Below, one piece after another: positions 1 through 8,604 of a stretch of 64,000 bases of DNA. Source of the stretch: an uncultured Candidatus Rokubacteria bacterium (GTDB lineage: Bacteria > Methylomirabilota > Methylomirabilia > Rokubacteriales > DASRDR01); contig CAWGVS010000011.1 in the NCBI GenBank assembly GCA_963826115.1, forward strand, positions 64,001-128,000. Reading direction: 5' to 3'. A program made the position numbers and the translations under genes. Within the stretch, counting starts at the first letter, position 1, and each line of letters starts with the position of its first letter. The notes under the pieces are model-generated. The model was not told where the DNA came from. It searched no databases and was given only the letters and a program-made list of their open reading frames with translations.

Positions 1-37
1 CCGGGCCCGCGCCGACGACCACCGCGTCAGCCGGCAC
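1..37 (-). CDS. N-terminal fragment of an FAD/NAD(P)-dependent oxidoreductase (runs off window start)
   Basis: Reverse strand from GTG at 37 reads (M)PADAVVVGAGP, the start of a GxGxxG Rossmann motif; overlaps the methyltransferase stop. Confidence 0.65.
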   Translation of the reverse strand, partial: MPADAVVVGAGP

Positions 38-761
38 GGGCGGCTCCGGCGGGCGCGCGGAGCCAGACGCCGACCTGACGGAACGCGGGTGCCCGCTGCC
101 AGCGAATGTCCGGCAGGCCGGCGCGCTCGGACAGGCGCCCGAGCTCCGCGGGCGTGTAGGCTCGCCGGACCGAGAGGGGCCCGTCGTGGCGAGCCATGCG
201 GCCGCACGCGGTCGCGCGAGTCACGAGCCACACGGCGGCCCAGGCGAGCCGTCCCCGGCGGAAGTCGCTCACGATGAAGCCCATCCGGACGAGGTCGGCG
301 AGCCGGCGGAGCAGCGCGACGACGACCTCCTCGGGGAGGTGGTGGAGGACGAGCGAGCAGAGCGCCAGGTCCACCGAGCCGGGCCGGATCGGAGCCCGCA
401 GCGCGTCCGCCCCGACGATGCGCACCTCGGGCGTGCCCTCGATGGCGCGGGCGGCGTGCCGCCAGATCGTCGGATGCATCTCGAGGGCCGTGATGGCCAC
501 GCGGTGGCCGCCGCGCCGCGCCCACCGCGCCAGCGCCAGCGGGATGTCGGCCGCTCCCGTCCCGACGTCGAGGATCCGGAGCGTCTCGCCCGGGCGCTGT
601 CCCGCCAGGAACGGCGCGACCAGACGCTGGATGGTCTGCGTGGCGCCGATCCGGTTCAGCCGCGCGATGTCGGAGAGATTGCGACACAGGTCCGCGACCG
701 GCGTGTCGAGCTCGTCCATCAGCTCGCGGCGTGCGACCTCCCGGGGCGGCGGGGGCAGCAT
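27..761 (-). CDS. Class I SAM-dependent methyltransferase, type III PKS-associated
   Basis: ILDVGTGAAD SAM motif, N-terminal ELMD, CSLVLHH and HDGPLSVRRAY motifs; directly downstream of the PKS. Confidence 0.85.
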   Translation of the reverse strand: MLPPPPREVARRELMDELDTPVADLCRNLSDIARLNRIGATQTIQRLVAPFLAGQRPGETLRILDVGTGAADIPLALARWARRGGHRVAITALEMHPTIWRHAARAIEGTPEVRIVGADALRAPIRPGSVDLALCSLVLHHLPEEVVVALLRRLADLVRMGFIVSDFRRGRLAWAAVWLVTRATACGRMARHDGPLSVRRAYTPAELGRLSERAGLPDIRWQRAPAFRQVGVWLRAPAGAARAG

Positions 762-767
762 CGCCCG

Positions 768-1790
768 CTAGAAGCGGAGGAGGGCGCCCTCGGCGGCGAA
801 GCCGGGGCCGAGCGCCATCATGAGGCCGATGTCGCCCGGGCTCGGCCGGCCGCTCTTCATGACCGCGTCCAGGACGAACAGCACGGTGGCGGAGGACAGG
901 TTGCCGAAGCGCCGGAGAACGCCGCGCGAGTACGCGACGTCGTCGTCGGTGAGGCCGAGCAGCGCCTGGGCGTTCTCGATCACCCGCCGGCCCGCGGAGT
1001 GGAGCACCCAGAACCGCACGTCCTCCCGGGCGAGCCCGTGGTCCTTCAGGATCGCCTCGGAGAGCTCCTCCATCATGGCCGGGGCGATCCGGCGCACCTC
1101 CGGCGACAGGAGGACCCGGTAGTATCCCCCCGGGAACGTGAAGCCCATGCGGTCGAGGTACTCCGACCGGATCAGCGTCCGGTGGCCGAGGACCTCGGGC
1201 CCGTCGCCCCTCGTGGTCAGGAGGACGGCGGCGGCGCCGTCGGCGAAGATCGCGTTCGCCACCGCGGTCTCCGCCTCCTCGTCCAGGTAGTAGGTCGTGG
1301 AGCAGAGCTCGACGGAGACGGCGAGCACCCGCCGGTCCGGGAAGGCCTGGAGGTAGTTCCAGGCCTGCTGGAGCACCACCATCGCGCTCGCGCACCCGGT
1401 GTCGCCGACGTGCACGCGCTGCACGTCGCTCCGGAGACCGAGCGCCGCGATCAAGTGCGCGTCGAGGCTCGGGACCAGGCGGCCCGTGCAGGTGGTGGTG
1501 ACGAGGAAATCCACGTCCGCGACGCCGAGCCCCGCCTGGGCGAGGCAGGCCTCGACCGCCTCCACGCCCAGGCGCACGCTGCCCTCGGCGAAGCGTGCGT
1601 TCAGCTCGTCGATCGTCTCGGGGCGGGGGTCCGCGGCCGTGACGTAGAGATGGCGGGCGTCGATGCCGCTGTTGTTGAAGAAGCTGCGCCGGAGCCCGTC
1701 CCCGTATCCGAAGAGCTTGGCGAGCTCGGCCTGGGTGAAGCGCCGGCTCGGGACTGCCGTCCCGATGGCGGCGATGCGGGGGATGTGCAC
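768..1790 (-). CDS. Type III polyketide synthase (chalcone/stilbene synthase family)
   Basis: Catalytic triad contexts DTGCAS, VLHSAG, GNLSSAT, plus LGPGF; GTG start at 1790 preceded by GGGAGG. Confidence 0.92.
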   Translation of the reverse strand: MHIPRIAAIGTAVPSRRFTQAELAKLFGYGDGLRRSFFNNSGIDARHLYVTAADPRPETIDELNARFAEGSVRLGVEAVEACLAQAGLGVADVDFLVTTTCTGRLVPSLDAHLIAALGLRSDVQRVHVGDTGCASAMVVLQQAWNYLQAFPDRRVLAVSVELCSTTYYLDEEAETAVANAIFADGAAAVLLTTRGDGPEVLGHRTLIRSEYLDRMGFTFPGGYYRVLLSPEVRRIAPAMMEELSEAILKDHGLAREDVRFWVLHSAGRRVIENAQALLGLTDDDVAYSRGVLRRFGNLSSATVLFVLDAVMKSGRPSPGDIGLMMALGPGFAAEGALLRF

Positions 1791-1913
1791 GCTGGACCTC
1801 CCTGGAGCGCCGCGCGCGATCATCCGCTCGCGACTCTCTCCCTCCATTATGCAACCGGACGCCGGAGCAGCGAGTTCCCGCGACGACGCCGCGGGATGAA
1901 GGGAGAACCCCGA

Positions 1914-2321
1914 CTAGCGGGGGCGGAACGTGATGACGGGCGGGTCCGCGTTCGCGGCGGAGCCGGCGAAGCGGACGGGCAGGCCGACCCGGGCGCTGTC
2001 GACCGGGACGCCCGTCAGGCGGCCCAGGAGCGAGACGCCCTCGGCCATGCGAACGACGGCGATCACGTAGGGAGCGTCGGCCGCGTACTGGGCCGGGGCG
2101 ACGCGGATCACCGTGTACGAGGCGATCTCGCCGTCGCCGCCGAGCGGCGCGCGCTCCCAGCGCAGGCCCTCGCACTCCGGGCAAACGGCCTTCGGCGGCA
2201 CGGCGAGCGCGCCACACGCCGCGCATCGCTGGACCATCAGGGAGCCCGCGCGGACGCCGGCGAAGAACTCGCCCGTCGTGACACTGCGGGCCGCGTCGGC
2301 CGTCGCGACCGGCGCGCTCAC
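1914..2321 (-). CDS. Zn-ribbon/OB-fold protein (DUF35 family)
   Basis: CAAC...CPEC zinc ribbon followed by YTVI..PYVIAVV OB fold; GTGA overlap with thiolase. Confidence 0.9.
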   Translation of the reverse strand: MSAPVATADAARSVTTGEFFAGVRAGSLMVQRCAACGALAVPPKAVCPECEGLRWERAPLGGDGEIASYTVIRVAPAQYAADAPYVIAVVRMAEGVSLLGRLTGVPVDSARVGLPVRFAGSAANADPPVITFRPR

Positions 2322-3478
2322 CGGGGCTCCCGGCCGAAGACGCTCACGAGGACGGACGCGGTGTTGCCGCCCAGCGTGTGGGCCAGCCCCACCGAGGCCT
2401 GCTCGACCTGGCGCCGCCCGGCCTCGCCCCGCAGCTGCGTGGCGATCTCGGCCACCTGCGCCGCGCCCGTGGCGCCGATCGGGTGTCCCTTGGCCTTGAG
2501 GCCGCCGGAGACGTTGACGGGGATCCGGCCGCCCAGGCTCGTCTCGCCCTTCTCGGCCGCGATGCCGCCGGTGCCGGGCTCGCAGAGCCCCAGGCCCTCG
2601 GTGGCGACGATCTCGGCGATCGTGAAGCAGTCGTGGAGCTCGACGACGTCCACGTCCTGGGGGCCGATCCCGGCCTGCCGGTATGCGGCGAGGGCGGCGC
2701 GCTCGGTGGCCACGGCCCGCGCGAGGTCACGCTTGTCGTGGAGACACATCGAGTCGCCCGCCTGGGCCGAGCCCAGCACCCACACGGGCTTCCGGGTCTT
2801 GCGTGCGAGCTCCTCGGAGGCGAGCACCACCGCGGCGGCGCCGTCCGAGAACGGGCAGCAGTCGTAGAGCTTCAGCGGGTCCGCCACCTTGGCGCTCCGG
2901 AGGACCTGCTCGAGGGTGATCTCCTTCTGGAACTGGGCCTTCGGATTCATCGTGCCGTGGCGGTGGTTCTTGACGGCCACGTGCGCCATCTGCTCCTCGG
3001 TCGTGCCGTACTTGGCCATGTGGGCCCGGGCGATGAGGGCGAAGACGCCCGGGAAGGTGAGGCCGGCCGGCTGCTCGAACACCGCGTCCGAGGCATAGGC
3101 GAACACCTCGGTCGAGCGCTCGGTGGGCATGGTCAGCACCCGCTCGGTGCCACCGACGAGGAGGACGTCCGCCGCCCCGGAGGCGATCTCGAAGATCGCG
3201 TGCCGGAAGGCGGCGTGGCTCGACGCGCACGCCGTCTCGAACCGGGTCGCGGCCACATGGGGGATCCCCAGCGTCGACGTCACCTGGGGGCCGAGGTGGA
3301 GCTGCCGCTCGCCGGCCTCTCCGACGACGTTCCCCACGTAGACGCCCTGGACCTGGCGCGGGCGGATGCCCGCGTCGATGAGCGCGTCGAGGCCCGCCTC
3401 GGCGAAGAGCTCCGCGCACGTCCGCTCGTGCTTGCCGAACTTCGTGACGCCGACGCCGACGACCGCAACCCGTCGCAT
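2318..3478 (-). CDS. Thiolase family protein (SCP-x/PhlC-like)
   Basis: ETACASS, ELHDCF, GHPIGATG, HTLGG motifs; ATG at 3478. Confidence 0.92.
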   Translation of the reverse strand: MRRVAVVGVGVTKFGKHERTCAELFAEAGLDALIDAGIRPRQVQGVYVGNVVGEAGERQLHLGPQVTSTLGIPHVAATRFETACASSHAAFRHAIFEIASGAADVLLVGGTERVLTMPTERSTEVFAYASDAVFEQPAGLTFPGVFALIARAHMAKYGTTEEQMAHVAVKNHRHGTMNPKAQFQKEITLEQVLRSAKVADPLKLYDCCPFSDGAAAVVLASEELARKTRKPVWVLGSAQAGDSMCLHDKRDLARAVATERAALAAYRQAGIGPQDVDVVELHDCFTIAEIVATEGLGLCEPGTGGIAAEKGETSLGGRIPVNVSGGLKAKGHPIGATGAAQVAEIATQLRGEAGRRQVEQASVGLAHTLGGNTASVLVSVFGREPR

Positions 3479-3533
3479 GTCTCGATTGTATCCGACGTTG
3501 CGTGGTCCCGGAAGGGTGCGTAGGATGCGCGGC

Positions 3534-4580
3534 ATGGCGGGCCCGCACGCGACCGGTGGCCCTTCCGTCCGGCCGCTACGCGCGCGGGGGGGCGCGGGCC
3601 CGATCGGGCTCGCGATCGTCGGGTGCGGGCGCTTCGCGACGTTCCACGCGCAGGCGGCCCGGCAGCTCGGTGGGGCGGTGCGGGTCGCCTTCGCGAGCCG
3701 CGACGGAGTCCGCGCCGAGTCGTATCGCCGGCGCTTCGGCGGGTTCGCCGCGTTCGGCTCCTACGAGGCCGCGGCGGCTGACCCTCGCGTCGACGCGCTC
3801 GTCGTGTGCACGCCCCACCACCTCCACGCGGCGAACGCCGGCCTGGCCGCCGAGCACGGCAAGGCCATCCTGCTCGAGAAACCCATCGCCCGCACGCTCG
3901 CCGAGGCCGACGGAATCCTCTCGGCGGCGGGCGCGGCTGGCGTCGTGCTCATGGTGGCCGAGAACGCCCACTTCGCGCCGGGATTCGCGGCCGCCGGCGC
4001 CGCGGTGCGGAGCGGCGCGATCGGGGAGGTCCGCCAGATCGTCGTGGCCGCGCGGGGCCACCGGAAGGCGTCGGGGTGGCGGACGCGGCGCGCCGAGATG
4101 GGAGGCGGGCTCCTCATCGACGGCGGCATCCACTACCTCCACCTCGTGCGGGAGTGGGCGGGCCCGGTCGACGAGGTGGTCGCCTACGCGCCTCCGAACG
4201 CGCTGTCCGCGGTCGAGGGTGAGGACACGATCTTCCTGCTCCTCCGATTCCGGAGCGGCGCGGTGGCGACGCTCGTCAACTCGATCGCCGCGCCCGGCTT
4301 ACCGCGGCTCCAGTGGACGTGGCTCACCGGCACCGAGGGGTCGATCGGCGTCGACCATCGGGGGCGCGCCCTCTGGGTCCGGGGGCGCGGTCGCCCGCGG
4401 ATGCGAGTGTTCCTGCGCGACCGGCGCGGCCTGGTGGCGCAGCTCGCGGAGTTCGTGGCCGCGGTGCGCGAGGGACGTCCCCCGGTGCTGCCCCCGGAAT
4501 CCGCCCGAGCGGACCTGGCCCTGGTGCTGGCGGCGTACCGGTCGCTGGAGACGGGCCGACCCGAGGCGCCTCCGGTGTAG
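3534..4580 (+). CDS. Gfo/Idh/MocA family oxidoreductase
   Basis: IVGCG, LLEKP, GGGLLIDGGIHY motifs. Confidence 0.88.
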   Translation: MAGPHATGGPSVRPLRARGGAGPIGLAIVGCGRFATFHAQAARQLGGAVRVAFASRDGVRAESYRRRFGGFAAFGSYEAAAADPRVDALVVCTPHHLHAANAGLAAEHGKAILLEKPIARTLAEADGILSAAGAAGVVLMVAENAHFAPGFAAAGAAVRSGAIGEVRQIVVAARGHRKASGWRTRRAEMGGGLLIDGGIHYLHLVREWAGPVDEVVAYAPPNALSAVEGEDTIFLLLRFRSGAVATLVNSIAAPGLPRLQWTWLTGTEGSIGVDHRGRALWVRGRGRPRMRVFLRDRRGLVAQLAEFVAAVREGRPPVLPPESARADLALVLAAYRSLETGRPEAPPV

Positions 4581-4628
4581 GGTGGAGGCGAGGAGCCTGG
4601 ACTGACGACGCCCGATCCGTCCGACGCG

Positions 4629-5291
4629 GTGGAGCCCAGTCCCCCGGCGAGGTCCACCGTGCTCATCGCCGAGGACGAGCCGACCTCGCGGCGCCTGCTC
4701 GAGGCCACGCTTCGCCGCTGGGGTCACGACGTCCTCGTCACCACCGACGGCGACGAGGCCTGGGCGGCGCTCCAGCGCCCCGAGGCGCCGCTCGTCGCCA
4801 TCCTGGACTGGATGATGCCCGGCGTGGCCGGCGTGGAGATCTGCCGGAAGGTCCGGGCCCAGGAGAGCCCGACGCCGCCCTACCTGATCCTCCTCACCGC
4901 GAACGCGGAGCGGGCCAACGTCGTCGAGGGCCTCCAGGCGGGCGCCGACGACTTCGTGGGGAAGCCGTTCGACCCCGAGGAGCTCCGGGCCCGGCTGATC
5001 GTCGCGATGCGCGTCGTCGAGCTGCGCCGCCGGCTTGCGGACCGTGTGCGGGAGCTGGAGGCCGCCATCGCGCGCGTCACCCAGCTCCACGGCCTGCTGC
5101 CGATCTGCGCGTACTGCAAGAACATCCGGAACGACCAGAACTACTGGCAGCGGGTGGAGGAGTACGTGAGCGCTCACGCGGACGTCCGGTTCAGCCACGG
5201 GATCTGCCCGCCGTGCTACGAGCGGATACTGGCGCCGCAGCTCCGCGCCCGGCGCGAGGCGCGCGGCGAGCCGCCGAGGCGTGACCCGTGA
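4629..5291 (+). CDS. Response regulator, receiver domain plus C-terminal CxxC...HGxCxxC domain
   Basis: AEDE, ILDWMMP, LLTA, GKPF receiver residues; tail LPICAYCK...FSHGICPPC. Confidence 0.88.
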   Translation: MEPSPPARSTVLIAEDEPTSRRLLEATLRRWGHDVLVTTDGDEAWAALQRPEAPLVAILDWMMPGVAGVEICRKVRAQESPTPPYLILLTANAERANVVEGLQAGADDFVGKPFDPEELRARLIVAMRVVELRRRLADRVRELEAAIARVTQLHGLLPICAYCKNIRNDQNYWQRVEEYVSAHADVRFSHGICPPCYERILAPQLRARREARGEPPRRDP

Positions 5292-6100
5292 CCGGCTTCG
5301 CCGGGAAGGTGGCCGTGGTGACCGGCGGCGGCAGCGGCATCGGGCGCGCCCTGTCCGTCTCGCTGGCTCGCGAGGGGGCCCACGTCGTGGTGGCCGATGT
5401 CGCCGAGGCCGACGCGGAAGAGACCGTGCGGCTGGCGAGCGCCGCCGGCGGCGAGGCCGTGGCCGTCCGGACCGACGTGGCCGACCGACAGCAGGTGGAG
5501 GCGCTGGCGGACCGCGTGTTCGACCGCTTCGGGGCGACCCACCTCCTGTTCAACAACGCCGGCGTGGTCGTCCACGGCGGCCTCGAGTCCGCGACGTGGC
5601 AGGACTGGCAGTGGGTCGTGGGGGTGAACCTCTGGGGCGTGATCCACGGTGTCCTGGCGTTCGTGCCGCGCATGATCGCGGGCGGCCAGGGCGGCCACGT
5701 CGTGAACACCGCGTCCATGGCGGGGCTCATCGCGTCGCAGGGACTCGGGGTCTACAACACCACGAAGTACGCGGTGGTCGGGCTCTCCGAGACGCTCGCG
5801 AAGGACCTCCGCCCGCACGGGATCGGCGTCACGGTCGTGTGCCCGATGGGCGTCGCGACGCGGATCCGCCAGGCGGGACGGAACCGGCCCGCCGCGCTGC
5901 GGAACGCCGAGTCGGCCGCCGAGGGCGCCGAGATGACCCTGATCGGGCGCACGCTGGACGCCGACGACGTCGCGCGCCAGACGCTCGCAGCGATCCGGAC
6001 CGGCTCGCTCTACGTCATCACGCACGATGAGGCCCTCGAGCCGCTGCGCCGTCGCTTCCAGCGGCTGGAGGCCGCGATCCGGAGGCGCCCGCAAGTTTGA
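5288..6100 (+). CDS. Short-chain dehydrogenase/reductase
   Basis: TGGGSGIG, NNAG, YNTTK. Confidence 0.92.
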   Translation: MTGFAGKVAVVTGGGSGIGRALSVSLAREGAHVVVADVAEADAEETVRLASAAGGEAVAVRTDVADRQQVEALADRVFDRFGATHLLFNNAGVVVHGGLESATWQDWQWVVGVNLWGVIHGVLAFVPRMIAGGQGGHVVNTASMAGLIASQGLGVYNTTKYAVVGLSETLAKDLRPHGIGVTVVCPMGVATRIRQAGRNRPAALRNAESAAEGAEMTLIGRTLDADDVARQTLAAIRTGSLYVITHDEALEPLRRRFQRLEAAIRRRPQV

Positions 6101-6125
6101 CACCGGCGCGAGCGACGGCTATTCT
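6097..6125 (+). promoter_or_regulatory. Sigma70-type promoter
   Basis: TTGACA-N17-TATTCT, 15 nt upstream of ATG 6141. Confidence 0.7.
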
Positions 6126-6140
6126 GAGCGCGGAGTATTG

Positions 6141-6464
6141 ATGGACGAGCGAGACGTCGTGCGCGATCTGGTGGCGAAGTTGATCGAGGCCGTCGAAGCG
6201 TCGCTCGACGCCTCCCCGGCGGTGCGCGAGGCGCTCGACGAGCTGGTCAAGAACGGATTCGAGCCGCGGCTCATGCTCCTCGCGGACGCCGCCGCGCGCT
6301 CCGCCGACGCGAGCGAGCCCGCCGCCGATGCCTCCGAGGCCGCGGACGACGATCACGATGCCGACGAGGACGAGCTCGACGAGGTGCGCGACTTGCAGTA
6401 CGAGCTGACCAAGCTCGACCGCGACTTCCTGCGCACGGTCCGCATCCAGCCGGAAAGCGGTTAG
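6141..6464 (+). CDS. Small acidic hypothetical protein
   Basis: 107 aa, host-like codon usage, GGAG RBS, own promoter; C-terminal LTKLDRDFLRTVRI. Confidence 0.7.
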   Translation: MDERDVVRDLVAKLIEAVEASLDASPAVREALDELVKNGFEPRLMLLADAAARSADASEPAADASEAADDDHDADEDELDEVRDLQYELTKLDRDFLRTVRIQPESG

Positions 6465-6499
6465 CCAGCGGGCTCCGCCCGCCGCCCCCCGGGAATCGC

Positions 6500-6760
6500 G
6501 TGGTCCGCTTCCTCGCGCTCGCGATCGTCGCTTTCCTCCTCTTCCTGATCATCCGGGCGAGCGTCCGCGCATTCCTGGCGGGCCTCGGCGTCGGCGCCCG
6601 CCCGGCGACGCCGCAGCGCGCCCGCCGCGACGAGCTCGTCAAGGACCCGGTCTGCGAGACCTACATCCCGCGCCAGAAGGCGATCAGCCGGGGGAGCGGG
6701 GCGGACACCCGGTACTTCTGCAGCGCCGCCTGCGCGGACAAGTTCACCGCGCGCTCGTGA
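6500..6760 (+). CDS. Membrane-anchored YHS/TRASH domain protein
   Basis: N-terminal hydrophobic helix; KDPVC...YFCSAAC. Confidence 0.85.
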   Translation: MVRFLALAIVAFLLFLIIRASVRAFLAGLGVGARPATPQRARRDELVKDPVCETYIPRQKAISRGSGADTRYFCSAACADKFTARS

Positions 6761-7626
6761 GCCCCTCGACGGAGGGTGCGCGTTCCGGCCCGCCGGCGTT
6801 CGAGCGGCGTGGCTCCGCCGCCGATCCCTACCGCGCCGTCGACCGCCAGGCGGATCCCCGGCGGTTCGCCAGGATCCTCGAGACCCGCGGCGCCCAGCCG
6901 CACCAGGCCCGCCTCCGCCGCGGCTTCCTGTCGCTGGCCGGCGTCGGAGCGGGGATGCGGGTGCTCGACGTCGGCTGCGGCACCGGGGTCGTGACGCGAG
7001 ACGTGGCGGCGCGCGTGGGACCGCGGGGCGTCGTCGTCGGGATCGATCCGAGCCGCGCCCTCCTTGCGGTGGCGCGACGCCGGGTCGGCGCCGCCGGCCC
7101 CGCGGCCCGGGCGACCTTCCGCCAGGCCGATGGCCTGGCGCTGCCCTTCGCCCCGGCGTCGTTCGACGTCACCCTGGCGGTCACGGTGCTCCTCCACGTG
7201 CCGGCCGGCGACCGGATCCTCGGCGAGATGATCCGCGTGACGCGCCCGGGCGGCCGCGTGGCCGTCCTCGACCAGGACTTCGGCACGCTGGTCCTGGACG
7301 CGCCCGACCGCGCGCTGACACGGCGGATCGTGGACGGGCACGCCGAGCGCTTCTACGCCGAGCCGTGGAGCGGCCGGACACTTCTGCGCCGCCTCCGCCG
7401 CGCGGGGCTCGTCCGCGTGCGGAGCCGGGTCTTCGTCGTCGTGGATCCGGTCTACGACGACTACGTCCGTTCGATGCTCGAGCGGCGCGTGGATCTCGCC
7501 ACCCGCTGGCGCCTGGTGACGCCCGGGGAGGGACGCCGCTGGCTCGGGACCCTCGAGGCGGCCGCGGCCCGCGGCGAGTTCTTCATGAGCCTCAACTACG
7601 TCGGCGTCGTCGGGGTGAGGCCGTAA
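6757..7626 (+). CDS. Class I SAM-dependent methyltransferase
   Basis: VLDVGCGTG, GIDPS, RVTRPGGR. Confidence 0.88.
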   Translation: MSPSTEGARSGPPAFERRGSAADPYRAVDRQADPRRFARILETRGAQPHQARLRRGFLSLAGVGAGMRVLDVGCGTGVVTRDVAARVGPRGVVVGIDPSRALLAVARRRVGAAGPAARATFRQADGLALPFAPASFDVTLAVTVLLHVPAGDRILGEMIRVTRPGGRVAVLDQDFGTLVLDAPDRALTRRIVDGHAERFYAEPWSGRTLLRRLRRAGLVRVRSRVFVVVDPVYDDYVRSMLERRVDLATRWRLVTPGEGRRWLGTLEAAAARGEFFMSLNYVGVVGVRP

Positions 7627-8582
7627 GCGCGGCGTCGCCGCTCGGGCGCCGGGCGGTCCTCGAGGGGGCGCTTCTCGCCGCGCTCGTGGGGCTCCCGCGC
7701 GCCCGCGCGGACGCCGCGACGCCCGGGGCCTTCGACGGCGTCCGGGCCCTCCGCGACGTGGAGCGGGTCGTCGCCCTCGGTCCGCGCCCGGCGGGGTCGA
7801 CCGCCTCGGCCCGGACCCGGGGCTACCTCGCGACCGAGCTCCGGGCGGTCGGCTGGCGCGTCCGAGAGCTCTCCTTCACGGCGCGCACCCCGCGCGGTCC
7901 GGTGGCGATGACCAATGTCATCGCGGAGTGGCCGGGGCGGGGGAACGACATCATCGCGGTCGGCGGCCACTACGATACGAAGGTCTTCGACAAGCTCCGG
8001 TTCGTGGGCGCGAACGACGGAGGCTCCTCGACCGCGCTCCTGATCGAGCTGGGCCGCGCGCTCGCCCCGCGTTTCCGCGCCGAGCCGCCGGCGCTCACGC
8101 GGTGGCTGGTCTTCTTCGACGGCGAGGAGGCGCTGGTCGAGTGGTCGGCGACCGACAGCCTGTACGGGAGCCGCGCGCTGGTGGCGGCGCTCCGGGCGTC
8201 GGGCGAGCTCGGCCGCCTCCGCGCCCTCGTGGTGGCCGACATGGTCGGGGACCGCGACCTCGTGATCCCGCGCGACGCGCAGTCCACGCCGTGGCTCGCC
8301 GGGATTCTGTGGGCGACGGCGCGGCGACTCGGCTTCGAGCGGCACTTCCCGGACCGGCCCCAGACGGTGGAGGACGACCACCAGCCGTTCCTGGACGCCG
8401 GGGTGGCGGCCGCGCTCCTGATCGATCTCGACTACGGCGGGCTGCCCGGGACGAACGCCTACTGGCACACCGCGGAGGACACGCTGGACAAGCTCTCCGC
8501 GGAGAGCCTCGGTGTGGCCGGGACGGTGATTCTCGAGTCCTTGCCCGCGATCGAAGCCGAGCTGGCGCGCCGGGCTCGGTAG
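7623..8582 (+). CDS. M28 family zinc enzyme, probable type II glutaminyl-peptide cyclotransferase with Tat-like signal (start codon uncertain)
   Basis: GHYDTK, GANDGGSS, FFDGEEA, LYGSR, DMVG, EDDHQPF, YWHT motifs; GRRAVL..ARA signal; only a GTA codon overlaps the upstream TAA. Confidence 0.78.
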   Translation, partial: VSAASPLGRRAVLEGALLAALVGLPRARADAATPGAFDGVRALRDVERVVALGPRPAGSTASARTRGYLATELRAVGWRVRELSFTARTPRGPVAMTNVIAEWPGRGNDIIAVGGHYDTKVFDKLRFVGANDGGSSTALLIELGRALAPRFRAEPPALTRWLVFFDGEEALVEWSATDSLYGSRALVAALRASGELGRLRALVVADMVGDRDLVIPRDAQSTPWLAGILWATARRLGFERHFPDRPQTVEDDHQPFLDAGVAAALLIDLDYGGLPGTNAYWHTAEDTLDKLSAESLGVAGTVILESLPAIEAELARRAR

Positions 8583-8604
8583 CCGCGCCGCTGCGCGCGG
8601 CCCG

